Made by a program: the position numbers and the translations under genes. The notes below the pieces were generated by a model. That model made no database searches. It worked only from the letters and a program-made list of their open reading frames with translations, and had not been told where the DNA came from. From Macrostomum lignano (taxonomy: Eukaryota), in assembly GCA_002269645.1 (NCBI GenBank), contig NIVC01002430.1, positions 72,942 through 136,941 of the forward strand: a DNA stretch of 64,000 bases, read 5' to 3'. Of this stretch, positions 23,050-56,029 are shown piece by piece; within the stretch, counting starts at the first letter, position 1, and every line of letters starts with the position of its first letter.

Positions 23050-23211
23050 CGGTTTAAAATTTTGGTCAGCGCAGAGAGTTAATTAAATATAAATATGAGT
23101 ATATCTCTTTCAAAACTATTGTCGCTATATTTTATTGCGTCTGATTTTAATCAGGAAATTGATTGCTTTTTGACCAGTTTCGTTTTTTTATTTCTAGTCT
23201 TGTGGCCCTAG

Positions 23212-24320
23212 ACCTTAGTGACAATAGACAAGACTGTCACACAGCACGGTCACCTTGGTGACCATAGACAAGACTGTCACACAGCACGGTCACTTTGGTG
23301 ACCATAGACAAGACTGTCACACAGCACGGTCACTTTGGTGACCATAGACAAGACTGTCACACAGCACGTTCACCTTGGTGACCATAGACAGGACTGTCAC
23401 ACAGCACGTTCACCTTGGTGACCATAGACAAGACTGTCACACAGCACGTTCACCTTGGTGACCATAGACAGGACTGTCACACAGCACGGTCACCTTGGTG
23501 ACCATAGACAAGACTGTCACACAGCACGGTCACCTTGGTAACCATAGACAAGACTGTCACACAGCACGGTCACCTTGGTGACCATAGACAAGACTGTCAC
23601 TCAGCACGGTCACCTTGGTGACCATAGACAAGACTGTCACACAGCACGGTCACCTTGGTAACCAAAGACAAGACTGTCACACAGCACGTTCACCTTGGTG
23701 ACCATAGACAAGACTGTCACACAGCACGTTCACCTTGGTGACCCTAGACAAGACTGTCACACAGCACGGTCACCTTGGTGACCATAGACAAGACTGTCAC
23801 ACAGCACGGTCACCTTGGTGACCATAGACAAGACTGTCACACAGCACGGTCACCTTGGTAACCATAGACAAGACTGTCACACAGCACGGTCACCTTGGTG
23901 ACCATAGACAAGACTGTCACTCAGCACGGTCACCTTGGTGACCATAGACAAGACTGTCACACAGCACGGTCACCTTGGTAACCAAAGACAAGACTGTCAC
24001 ACAGCACGTTCACCTTGGTGACCATAGACAAGACTGTCACACAGCACGTTCACCTTGGTGACCCTAGACAAGACTGTCACACAGCACGGTCACCTTGGTG
24101 ACCATAGACAAGACTGTCACACAGCACGGTCACCTTGGTGACCATAGACAAGACTGTCACACAGCACGGTCACCTTGGTGACCATAGACAAGACTGTCAC
24201 ACAGCACGTTCACTTTGGTGACCCTAGACAAGACTGTCACACAGCACGGTCACCTTGGTGACCATAGACAAGACTGTCACACAGCACGGTCACCTTGGTG
24301 ACCCTAGACAAGTCTGTTAC
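23212..24320 (+). repeat. 40-bp minisatellite ACCATAGACAAGACTGTCACACAGCACGGTCACCTTGGTG with an internal palindrome
   Basis: Visible array, about 27 copies, no spacers. Confidence 0.96.
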
Positions 24321-25054
24321 GCAATATGATCACCTGCACTGGTCACAGTGACAATCCCACGATCACAACTTTTTTGGAAGGCTACCGAATATTGCTACTT
24401 GCAGTAGAGTAGTTTGGATTTAAAGATCAAAGTGATTAGCTTCGCACTGCCGGTCTGGACATACGTAGTTTTGCGTTGTTGGCATTCAAGGCCGGATGCT
24501 CTAAACGGGCAGCAGTTTTTAAGCCTCACGGGGTCGCGCCAACACGCCTGACTCTGCTGAAATATGCTGCTTTGATTTCTCTGCGAGCGAGCCAAACATT
24601 TTTTAGATCGTTCGTTTGCGCCGTTCGTCGAAAATTGGCCAATTATACTGGCGCTATAAAATATAGATTTTTATAATAAAAATAACGGCCGGCATTAGCG
24701 GCTCACGAAACAGCTCTAGTCTTTTGCGTGCGAAAATATCATTTTTGTTGGATGATTTACTCTAGGCTAAGTGCAGTTGCACAAACAGAAGGTTGAGGAT
24801 TTGGCCCCGTTGGCTGGTGGGTATCTGCAGCTGCCAGATTATGAGTAACTGTAGCTGCTTTTAGACCAGAATTCCAAGCTTTTGAATTGCTTGTGTAGTT
24901 TTTTTAGTTGTACATAATAAATGTTCTGGATGGGCATAATTAATTAATTAATTAAGGCAAATTGATTGGTTATATTTCAGGAATTTTTCTTGGCCTTAGC
25001 TTGCCTATTAAGAATCCCTTTTAGCGTAATTCATCAAATCCATCCAATCACGTT

Positions 25055-25905
25055 GCAGAGATCTCCGATCTATAACTTTGGCGCCAAACGAATCTCTAAG
25101 CATGACGCCAAACAGATTCTAATTGCAGCACCAAACAGATCTCTAATCATGACGCCAAACAGATTCTAATTGCAGCACCAAACAGATCTCTAAGTGGTGC
25201 CAACCAGCTCTAAGCATAGCGCCAAAAAAATTTCTAATTGCAGCACCAAACAGATCTCTAAGCCTGGCGCCAAACAGATCTCTAAACATGGCGCCAAACA
25301 GATCTCTAAGCATGGGGCCAAGCAGATCTCTAAGCATGGCGCCAAAAAGATTTCTAATTGCAGCACCAAACAGATCTCTAAGCCTGGCGCCAAACAGATC
25401 TCTAAACATGGCGCCAAACAGATCTCTAAGCATGGGGCCAAGCAGATCTCTAAGCATGGCGCCAAAAAGATTTCTAATTGCAGCACCAAACAGATCTCTA
25501 AGTGGTGCCAACCAGCTCTAAGCATAGCGCCAAAAAAATTTCTAATTGCAGCACCAAACAGATCTCTAAGCCTGGCGCCAAACAGATCTCTAAACATGGC
25601 GCCAAACAGATCTCTAAGCATGGGGCCAAGCAGATCTCTAAGCATGGCGCCAAAAAGATTTCTAATTGCAGCACCAAACAGATCTCTAAGCCTGGCGCCA
25701 AACAGATCTCTAAACATGGCGCCAAACAGATCTCTAAGCATGGCGCCAAAAAGATTTCTAATTGCAGCACCAAACAGATCTCTAAACATGGCGCCAAAGC
25801 CAAACAGATCTCTAAGCATGGCGCTAAACAGATCTCTAAGCATGGCGCTAAACAGATCTCTAAGCATGGGGCCAAGCAGATCTCTAAACATGGGGCCAAG
25901 CAGAT
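25055..25905 (+). repeat. 24-bp minisatellite (GCGCCAAACAGATCTCTAAGCATG family) with a 5-monomer higher-order pattern
   Basis: Visible array; variant monomers recur in fixed order. Confidence 0.93.
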
Positions 25906-26769
25906 CAAGTAACGAATGCAAAGCACTAAATAATGCAGTAAACATCTTATACTGCTATAATAATTCCCAATTGTTCAGCACTAACTGCCACTTCCAAAGC
26001 CGGGAAGAAATTAATAATCAAATCGCTTCTCTACCACACAACAAACTGAAAGTCCCGCTATCCCAGTTTCATTAGGTAGAATCTCTACTGAAAACGAGCA
26101 GTTTCACTTGATTGTCTCCGCTTCCTGCACGTGACGACGACAAAAGAATTTCTACAGATATTTAGTAGGGCTCTTGCGAACAAAGCTGACAGATTAAAAA
26201 GGAGATCCCACGGTTCTAAAGCAGAAAGCAGGAAGAAATGTGCCTGCATGTCTGCACCTGGGCTTGCTGTAAAATAAGATTGTGGCTATAGCGATATAAT
26301 AATGGCAGGGGGTGAGCATATTAGACATTATTGAGCTGTGTAGAGCTCAGCTTCATCTAGCTATCTTCTCCTGGCTTCCGTGCGCACCACATCTATCCCT
26401 TGTCCTCCCTGTGCCTGCAGCCAACCAGCATTGAGGCGGCTCTCTACATCGCTGGTCACCAATGAAGATCAGAGAGAAGTGTTATTGAATCCTATATCCC
26501 TCCCCTGCCTCTCATTCATGAACTTGATAGAAGCAGCCTTTGCTTTTGCGATTTCTGTTCGCAACTGCACCAAGAAAAGCCAGAGTTGTTAAAGACTGCC
26601 AACAATGAGATTACAGAACAGAAACTTGTACTTCTGCTGAGCATACATGTAAAGAAGGTAAGATTCTCCCACGCGTCACTGATAACTTTTTCAAGATTAA
26701 TTCTCTGAGTTTAACAAGCTCAGAGTGACTGTCAGGGCAGACAATTTACTAAGAGGTGCAAGGAGAGTA

Positions 26770-27130
26770 ATTCTCATGGGGTAGGAGGGCGATTCTCATG
26801 GGGTAGGAGGGCGATTCTCATGGGTAAGAGGGCGATTCTCATGGGATAGGAAAGCGATTCTCATGGAATAGGAGAGCGATTCTCATGGGGTAGGAGGGCA
26901 ATTCTCATGGAATAGGAGGGCGACTCTCATGGGGTAAGAGGGCGATTCTCATGGGATAGGAGTGCGATTCTCATGGAATAGGAGGGCGATTCTCATGGGC
27001 TAGGAGGGCGATTCTCATGGGGTAAGAGAGCGATTCTCATGGGATAGGAGGGAGATTCTCATGGGATAGGAGAGCGATTCTCATGGAATAGGAGGGCGAT
27101 TCTCATGGAGTAGGAGGGCGACTCTCATGG
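26770..27130 (+). repeat. 22-bp minisatellite CGATTCTCATGGGGTAGGAGGG, block 1
   Basis: Visible array. Confidence 0.93.
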
Positions 27131-27509
27131 TGAAATTAAACTTCATTATTGCTGAGCTAATAGAAGAAAAGATTTTATTCGCGTATTTTTATAACTTGTT
27201 AAAGGTTAATGTAATTATTTTTACGACTAATTCTTGGGGTTTATTAAGTTCAGAGGGACTGCCATGGTAAACAATTAACTATTCCGTCATTATCAATCAT
27301 TTTCGGTGGGGGGCTGTTGGCTGATGAGAAAGCGGGTAGGACTGAGCTGCTATAGCCATGAGCCATCATAATTAGGGACTGGCCTCTGCACATGGCCTGG
27401 CTATGCTATCTGCAACATTTCTGTGATACTAAATTGGCTTTGGCTGCTGCAAGACCGGCAAAAAATGAACACTCAAAACATGCAGTCCTCATTGGATTCC
27501 GGGTTGGGG

Positions 27510-27940
27510 GGTATTCTCATGGGGTAGGAGGGCGATTCTCATGGAATAGGAGAGCGATTCTCATGGGGTAGGAGGGCGATTCTCATGGGGTAGGAGGGCG
27601 ATTCTCATGGGGTAGGAGGGCGATTCTCATGGGGTAGGAGGGCGATTCTCATGGGTAAGAGGGCGATTCTCATGGGATAGGAGGGAGATTCTCATGGGAT
27701 AGGAGGGCGATTCTCATGGAATAGGAGGGCGATTCTCATGGGGTAAGAGAGCGATTCTCATGGAGTAGGAGGGCGATTCTCATGGGGTAGGAGGGCGATT
27801 CTCATGGGATAGGAGGGAGATTCTCATGGGATAGGAGGGCGATTCTCATGGGTAGGAGGGCGATTCTCATGGGTAGGAGGGCGATTCTCATAGAGTAGGA
27901 GGGCGATTCTCATAGAGTAGGAGGGCGATTCTCATGGGAA
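27510..27940 (+). repeat. 22-bp minisatellite CGATTCTCATGGGGTAGGAGGG, block 2
   Basis: Same unit as 26770-27130 after about 370 bp of unique sequence. Confidence 0.93.
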
Positions 27941-27968
27941 CATGGTCCCACAACCAGCGCCAATGCTG

Positions 27969-28019
27969 CTGACTTTCCAATCGTCAGGCATGTACAGTCT
28001 GTGTGTCTTGGGATTGACC
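27969..28019 (+). repeat. Dispersed 51-bp motif, copy 1
   Basis: 44/51 identical to the reverse complement of 63643-63692 by manual alignment. Confidence 0.75.
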
Positions 28020-28267
28020 CTCATGGGTCAATAAAATGAATCGAACTTGTGGCGCAAGAGACAGAAGCCTGACCGCTGAGCTCTCTGTACAGGGCGGTTC
28101 TTATAGACGAGGCATTTCTAGGAAAGCATCAATTCTCACTCGGGGGATCCGGCTGAACCTAAGAGCACTCTCCAAGCTACACGCACTGTGTTGATCGGGC
28201 CTGAGCAAGTGATCGAATCCGCCCCTCTGGCCCATCGCAGGCTCTCCCGGTGCTCATCTCCGAAGCC

Positions 28268-49020
<20,753 letters not shown>

Positions 49021-49124
49021 TAAATCAATCGAGAGTGCGACATTTTCCCAACGAGCTTTACCGACAAGGCTATTGCATTCTGCCATTTTACCGCCAAGGA
49101 CTTCTAGCAGGAGGTTCACCTAAA

Positions 49125-49700
49125 GATTTCTAACTGGGGACTTTCGTAATGATTCTAGCTGGGGATTTTGATAAGGATTTCTAGCTGGGGATTCCCCTAA
49201 GGATTCTAGCAGGGGATTCCCCGGAGGATTTCTAGCTGGGAATTCCCCTAAGGATTTCTAGCTGGGGAATCCCCTAAACATTCTAGCAGGGGATTCTGAT
49301 AAGGATTTCTAGCTGAGGATTCCTCTAATGATTGTAGCAGGGGATTCCCATAAGGATTTCTAGCAGGGGATCCCCCTAAGGATTTCTAGCAGGAGATCCG
49401 ATAAGGATTTCTAATATCTGGGGATTCCCCTGAGGATTTCTAGCTGGGAATTCCCCTAAGGATTTCCAGCTGGGAATTCTCCTAAGGATTTCTAGCTGGG
49501 GAATCCCCTAAACATTCTAGCAGGGGATTCCCCTAAGGATTTCTAGCAGGGGAATCCCCTAAGGATTTCTAGCTGGGGATTCTCTAAGGATTTCTAGCCA
49601 AGGATTTCTAGCTATGGATCTCGCCTAGGGATTTCTAGCTAAGGATTTCCCTATAAGGATTTCTATCTAAGGATTTCCCTAAGGATTTCTAGCTGGGAAA
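49125..49700 (+). repeat. About 27-bp minisatellite GGATTTCTAGCTGGGGATTCCCCTAA
   Basis: Visible degenerate array. Confidence 0.9.
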
Positions 49701-50329
49701 GATTAAATGTCGCTTCTTTTCAGAATCGGCGCTTTGGATAATATCAGCGGAGTTAAAAAGTTTTAGGCGTTGGCATGCTACGAATGTACAGTGTACGGCA
49801 GATAAAGTGAACTCCAAACCAAATATCCTGAATGACCCAGCTCCATGAACCATTTAAAGTTTCGCATGTAAAGCTGGAAAACCTTGACAGTAAAAATGAA
49901 ACTGGAAAAGTCGTCTAGGTGAGAAAATCTAATTAGACCTGTAAATCATAATTAGCTAATTAACATAACATTATTGTCCGAAACAGACATTGTCAACAAT
50001 AATTGATGAATAATTAATGAGCTTGCTTTTCGCCTAACACTACACTCCATGTCCAGTTAATTATATACACGTATAAGCGTTATATTGTTTAAACAGTAAA
50101 ACTGCATTCGTAGATTAATTAAAAAACAATAGCCGAAAATTCAAGTGCAAACACCACACGGGTAATGAGGAATGAGGCCTGATGGTCTCAAATTGGCATA
50201 TTAGTCTATGGCCCAGACTGTCTTTATGAGAATTTTGTAAGCTCTCAACTTTGGATGTCCGTTTTCCAACACACAAAAGCAATAGTATTGTCAATTTGAT
50301 CAGGTTGAGAATACAAAAGGGGATAGAGA

Positions 50330-51720
50330 TAAGGGAGAAGGGGGTACCATGAAGGGTGAAGGGGGTACCGTGAAGGGAGAAGGGGGTACCATGAAGGGTG
50401 AAGGGGGTACCGTGAAGGGAGAAGGGGGTACCATGAAGGGTGAAGGGGGTACCGTGAAGGGAGAAGGGGGTAGAGTGAAGGGAGGGGGTAGAGTGAAAGG
50501 GGGTAGAGTGAAGGGAGGGGGTAGAGTGAAGGGAGGGGGTAGAGTGAAAGGAGGGGTAGAGTGAAAGGAGGGGGTAGAGTGAAGGGAGGGGGTAGAGTGA
50601 AGGGAGGGGTAGAGTGAAGGGAGGGGTAGAGTGAAGGGAGGGGTAGAGTGAAGGGAGGGGTAGAGTGAAGGGAGGGGGTAGAGTGAAAGGAGGGGGTAGA
50701 GTGAAGGGAGGGGGTAGAGTGAAGGGAGGGGTTAGAGTGAAGGGAGGGGTAGAGTGAAGGGAGGGGGTAGAGTGAAGGGAGAAGGGGTAGAGTGAAGGGA
50801 GGGGGTAGAGTGAAAGGAAGGGTACAGTGAAGGGAGAAGGGGGTAGAGTGAAGGGAGGGGTAGAGTGAAGGGAGGGGGTAGAGTGAAAGGAGGGGGTAGA
50901 GTGAAGGGAGGGGGTAGAGTGAAGGGAGGGGTTAGAGTGAAGGGAGGGGGTAGAGTGAAGGGAGGGGGTAGAGTGAAGGGAGGGGGTAGAGTGAAGGGAG
51001 AAGGGGTAGAGTGAAGGGAGGGGGTAGAGTGAAAGGAAGGGTACAGTGAAGGGAGGGGTAGAGTGAAGGGAGGGGGTAGAGTGAAAGGAGGGGGTAGAGT
51101 GAAGGGAGGGGGTAGAGTGAAGGGAGGGGTTAGAGTGAAGGGAGGGGGTAGAGTGAAGGGAGGGGTAGAGTGAAGGGAGAAGGGGTAGAGTGAAGGGAGG
51201 GGGTAGAGTGAAAGGAGGGGGTAGAGTGAAGGGAGGGGGTAGAGTGAAGGGAGGGGTAGAGTGAAAGGAAGGGTACAGTGAAGGGAGAAGGGGGTAGAGT
51301 GAAGGGAGGGGGTAGAGTGAAGGGAGGGGGTAGAGTGAAGGGAGGGGTTAGAGTGAAGGGAGGGGGTAGAGTGAAGGGAGGGGGTAGAGTGAAGGGAGAA
51401 GGGGTAGAGTGAAGGGAGGGGGTAGAGTGAAAGGAAGGGTACAGTGAAGGGAGAAGGGGGTAGAGTGAAGGGAGGGGTAGAGTGAAAGGAAGGGTACAGT
51501 GAAGGGAGAAGGGGGTAGAGTGAAGGGAGGGGTAGAGTGAAGGGAGAAGGGGTAGAGTGAAGGGAGGGGTAGAGTGAAAGGAAGGGTACAGTGAAGGGAG
51601 AAGGGGGTAGAGTGAAGGGAGGGGTAGAGTGAAGGGAGGGGGTAGAGTGAAGGGAGGGGGTAGAGTGAAAGGAAGGGTACAGTGAAGGGAGAAGGAGGTA
51701 GAGTGAAGGGACAATGGGAT
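50330..51720 (+). repeat. G/purine-rich 18-19-bp minisatellite GTAGAGTGAAGGGAGGGG
   Basis: Visible array. Confidence 0.96.
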
Positions 51721-52364
51721 AAAGTGGAGGGGGTAGAATGATGAAGGGGCTGCTGCACATTCTCGACTTGGTCGGTTCAGTTATCAGCTTGACTGACAAA
51801 AATTACGAAATGGTCTGTGCATAAGTGCTTGAATTTGCCTACTACTTTAAATATTATACTCATGCGCTAGCTGTTGCTGTCACTATAGTATACCTACTGC
51901 TAATTAGCGAATATTCCTATCGCAAGCGAATAAAAAATCTCTCCCTGTACGTATAAAACCTGTCGCGTGTCACAAAAAAACATTGTTACGTAACTTCTGC
52001 TGTCAGCGATGCTTCTCTAAAACTTCAAGCGCTAATTCCGCGACCTAAAGGATTAAGATAAATCTTCTAACTCACTATAGTTTAGAAGAGCTGGACCACA
52101 TCAATGTCAGAGCTACAAGTTTTAATTGACTGACTAACTAATTGTACGTTGATGCTGCTGCAGCAATATTACTAAAACCAGTTCTGTGTAAAAATTCTCA
52201 AATTTCTAATAAAAATTGTGAAATTCATTGACAGGCTTATGAGCAATTCATATTTCTTTATTGAAGTTTAAATTTCAATTTGTGAATTTAATTAAACCCG
52301 AAGATTTTTGTTCTAATTTATACGCTGTTTATATACTTATACTTATACTTAAATACTTAATTTA

Positions 52365-53130
52365 TACGGATTGTTGAGATTCCAAGGCTCATCAGGAATT
52401 GTTGAGATGTCAAGGCTCATCAAGAGTTGTTGAGATGCCAAGGCTCATGGGGAATTGTTAAGATGTCAAGGCTCATAGGGAATTGTTGAGATGTCAAGGC
52501 TCATCAGGAGTTGCTGAGATGCCAAGGCTCACGGGGAATTGTTGAGATGCCAAGGCTCACGGGAATTGTTGAGATGCCAAGGCTCATGGGGAATTGTTGA
52601 GATGCCAAGGCTCACGGGGAATTGTTGAGATGTCAAGGCTCATGGGGAATTGTTGAAATGTCAAGGCTCATGGGGAATTGTTGAGATGTCAAGGCTCATG
52701 GGGAATTGTTGAGATGTCAAGGCTCATGGGGAATTGTTGAGATGTCAAGGCTCATGGGGAATTGTTGAAATGTCAAGGCTCATGGGGAATTGTTGAGATG
52801 TCAAGGCTCATGGGGAATTGTTGAGATGTCAAGGCTCATGGGGAATTGTTGAGATGTCAAGGCTCATGGGGAATTGTTGAGATGCCAAGGCTCATGGGAA
52901 TTGTTGAGATGCCAAGGCTCATGGGGAATTGTTGAGATGCCAAGGCTCATGGGGAATTGTTGAGATGCCAAGGCTCGTGTGGAATTCAGATACCAAGGCT
53001 CATAGGAGATTATTGAGATGCAAAGGCTCACGGGAAATTGTTAAGATGCCAAGGCTCATAGGAGTTGTTTGAGATGCCAAAGCTCATGGGGAACTGTTGA
53101 GATGCCGATCTGCATCATAAATTGTTGAGA
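52365..53130 (+). repeat. 28-bp minisatellite CAAGGCTCATGGGGAATTGTTGAGATGT
   Basis: Visible array. Confidence 0.94.
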
Positions 53131-53355
53131 TGCGCTAACTTTCTAAATGCCTGCGGTTGTACAAAATTAGTAAAATCTTAAGGAAATGGAGCTCATAGTG
53201 TAGAAAATAAAAGAGAATAGCAAAATAAAACAAACGCAATTATTGTCTTAAAAAATGCTAGGCAACAAAAACTGTTGCAGGCTAACAAGAGAGTTGAAAT
53301 TGAAATTTATTTCGATACAAATAAGCAACGTTCAGTCAAGGGGACCGGTCGGTCA

Positions 53356-55108
53356 TCACGGCTTCCTAATACGAGTTCTGTTCGAGCCGAGTAGCCGTTC
53401 GAAATTCGGCGGCCCCTGCTGCAGCATGTACTTGTCGAATACTCGAACACCCTCCGGCAGAGTTGGTTGAGGATACATCTCAGTTAGCCAATTGTCTACA
53501 TCAATTTTAGGCAGCTGGGCTGGCGGCAAACCGCCACCAGCCTCGCCAAGGGCAATGGGATACAGGGAAGCCTTCACCTGTACAGTGACCCGGTTGTTCA
53601 GCTGGACGCCAATACGAAATGTACTGCCAGCTCCGCCGCTGCCAGGCTTTGGCAATTTAGGCAGCTTGTCAGGCAATTTAATAGACTGCCTATTTAACTC
53701 CACACCGTAGCGTCTGAATGCTACGCATATGTGACGCTCGTTAAGAGGAAATCGGTCGCTTTTACTACTACTACTACCACTAGTAGTATTAACAGCAGAC
53801 AGATTTACTGGCACTAGCAGGTGCAAAGCTTCCAAGGTGCGCTGTAGTTGATAAAGTGGACCAGTGAATACGCGAGCATCGCGCCAGGAAGACTCAGAAC
53901 GATTGGACTGTTTCTGCTCCTGCTGCTGCTGGTGTTCAATCTTGGCCCAGCCTAGCGGATTCAAATAGTGCCAGAATCGCGACCGATGAACAAAGACTAA
54001 TTGACCGGATTCACCTAGGCCGGGCACATCGCGATTGAGACGAACTGACAGTAGCTGTTCGGATTCCGGTCGCAATGATAGCAGTTCAACAGTCTCGTAC
54101 AGCTTATTGTAGATCGGCACCCTGTCCGGGTAGTCGTCAATCTCGTGCAGAAGCGGCCTACCGTCCAGTTCAGGATAGGGCCGGTCCAGCTCGTGCTTGC
54201 GGGCCACGATCACTGTAGTACGAATGGGCTGTTGCAGGCGATGCAGCAGGGAGGCTGCGGCTGCGGACCTCAGCGAGGCCGAGCGACAGATTGAAGCCAC
54301 CACTAGGGATTGCAGGAGTGGTTGCAGTTTGGGGTCATTGGACTAATGAGTGGGTCATTGAACTAATGATTTGGGTCATTGGACTAATGATTGGGTCATT
54401 AAACTAATGATTGGGGTCATTGCACTAATGAGTGGGTCATTGAACTAATGATTGGGGTCATTGCACTAATGAGTGGGTCATTGAACTAATGATTGGGGTC
54501 ATTGGACTAATGAGTGGGTCATTGAACTAATGATTGGGGTCATTGGACTAATGATGGGTCATTGAACTAATGATTGGGGTCATTGGACTAATGATTGGGT
54601 CATTGAACTAATGATTGAGGTCATTGGACTAATGAGTGGGGTCATTGGACTAATGATTGGGTCATTGAACTAATGATTCGGGTCATTGGACTAATGAGTG
54701 GGTCATTGGACTAATGATTTGGGTCATTGGACTAATGATTGGGTCATTGAACTAATGATTGGGTCATTGATCTAATGATTGGGGTCATTAAACACTGATT
54801 GGGGTCACTGAATACCGATTGGGTCACTGAATATTGATTGGGTCAATGAATACCGAATGGGTCACTAAATACCGATTGGGTCACTGAATACTGATTGGGG
54901 TCACTGAATACCGATTGGGGTCACTGAATACCGAATGGGTCACTAAATACCGATTGGGTCACTGAATACTGATTGGGGTCACTGAATACCGAATGGGTCA
55001 CTAAATACCGAATGGGTCACTAAATACCGATTGGGTCACTGAATACTGATTGGGGTCACTGAATACCGATTGAAGTCACTGAATGGGACTGTTAAACTGC
55101 TAATCACT
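53356..55108 (-). CDS. MRPL9: Mitochondrial ribosomal protein bL9m; main exon 53356..54302, start codon probably completed by an upstream exon ending at 55108
   Basis: Presequence-like N-terminus, TTVIVARK, L9 N-domain VRLNRDVPGLGESGQLVFV..LNPLGWA, C-domain GVELNRQSIKLP..IGVQLNNRVTVQV. No in-frame ATG in the main exon 5' region. Confidence 0.8.
54330..55085 (+). repeat. 19-20-bp minisatellite, two sub-arrays (GGGTCATTGAACTAATGATT and GGGTCACTGAATACCGATT)
   Basis: Visible; fills the inferred MRPL9 intron 54303-55107. Confidence 0.94.
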
Positions 55109-55764
55109 TCCGCAGGGATCCAAGTTAGCAAACAATGCTGTTTTTCAAGGCAGCCTCAATACAAAGTAACAAAAATGAGTTGATATCATGGATGCGACTT
55201 TATAGATTTGTTATAATAGTAACACTTGTGTTGTACTTTTGCGGCAGAACGAAATACGTAGATTTCGATAGAACGTAAACACGGGGAGAGTGATAAGGAC
55301 GATACACATTGTGTATACCGTAATGCACTGGGCTGTTTTAAATTTTATGCTGAATATTACAGTTCCATATGCTAGCTTCTAAACTGTTTCCATACGTCGA
55401 TACAAACTTGCTGTTGATAATAAAGAAAGGAATTGTAGAAAAAACACAGAGGCCAAACAGAAAATCATGGGGAGGCAAAAACAGACAGTTTATTACTTAT
55501 GGCTGCTTGCAGAGTTAAATCCAGTCACTTGAATTATGTTATCAAATTGAATCATTTCACTAGTAACTTTTAGATGCACAAAACTGCTAAGGGTACATAG
55601 AAGAGTAGAAGGGTTTCAATACAAGCTTAAATAGGATTTTTCATACAGATAATTAGGCTGCAGTTGTTGTTACTTTTTTATTCCACATACTTTGCCGCCT
55701 AAAAATTATTAACAAACTTTTTTGCTGCTACAGATTCTTTACTTAGAGATTGATTTGATTAGAC

Positions 55765-55855
55765 ATTGAGAGGCTGGCCCAGCAACTGAGGATCTGGGAG
55801 GCTGGCCCAGCAACTGGGGATCTGGAGGCTGGCCCAGCAACTGAGGATCTATAGG
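55765..55855 (-). repeat. Short block of the 28-bp AGCCTCCCAGATCCTCAGTTGCTGGGCC minisatellite
   Basis: About 3 copies, same unit as in DNAJC21 intron 1. Confidence 0.88.
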
Positions 55856-56029
55856 CCCTGTTCGTATCTCACTTTAAATACCAGCCGGGAATTTGAAAAC
55901 CGAATATTGTCACTAAAACTTATGCGAAGCTAATCATCAAAATATTTTGTCCTAGCAAAACCAGCAAAATTTAACTACACTATGCTTCACACCCAAGCGG
56001 TATTATCAGTCAAAATATAAAACAAAAAA

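Noticed and set aside
23212-24320. CRISPR-like palindromic repeat array
   Set aside because: Units are head-to-tail with no unique spacers, no cas genes, eukaryotic context.
26330-26600. Possible decayed coding segment on the minus strand (QLRTEIAKAKAASIKF..)
   Set aside because: In-frame stops, no clear splice sites, no recognisable family.
54290-54310. Flatworm SL-donated AUG as the MRPL9 start
   Set aside because: An SL ending in AUG joined at this acceptor would be out of frame (AUG UGG UGG .. UGA).
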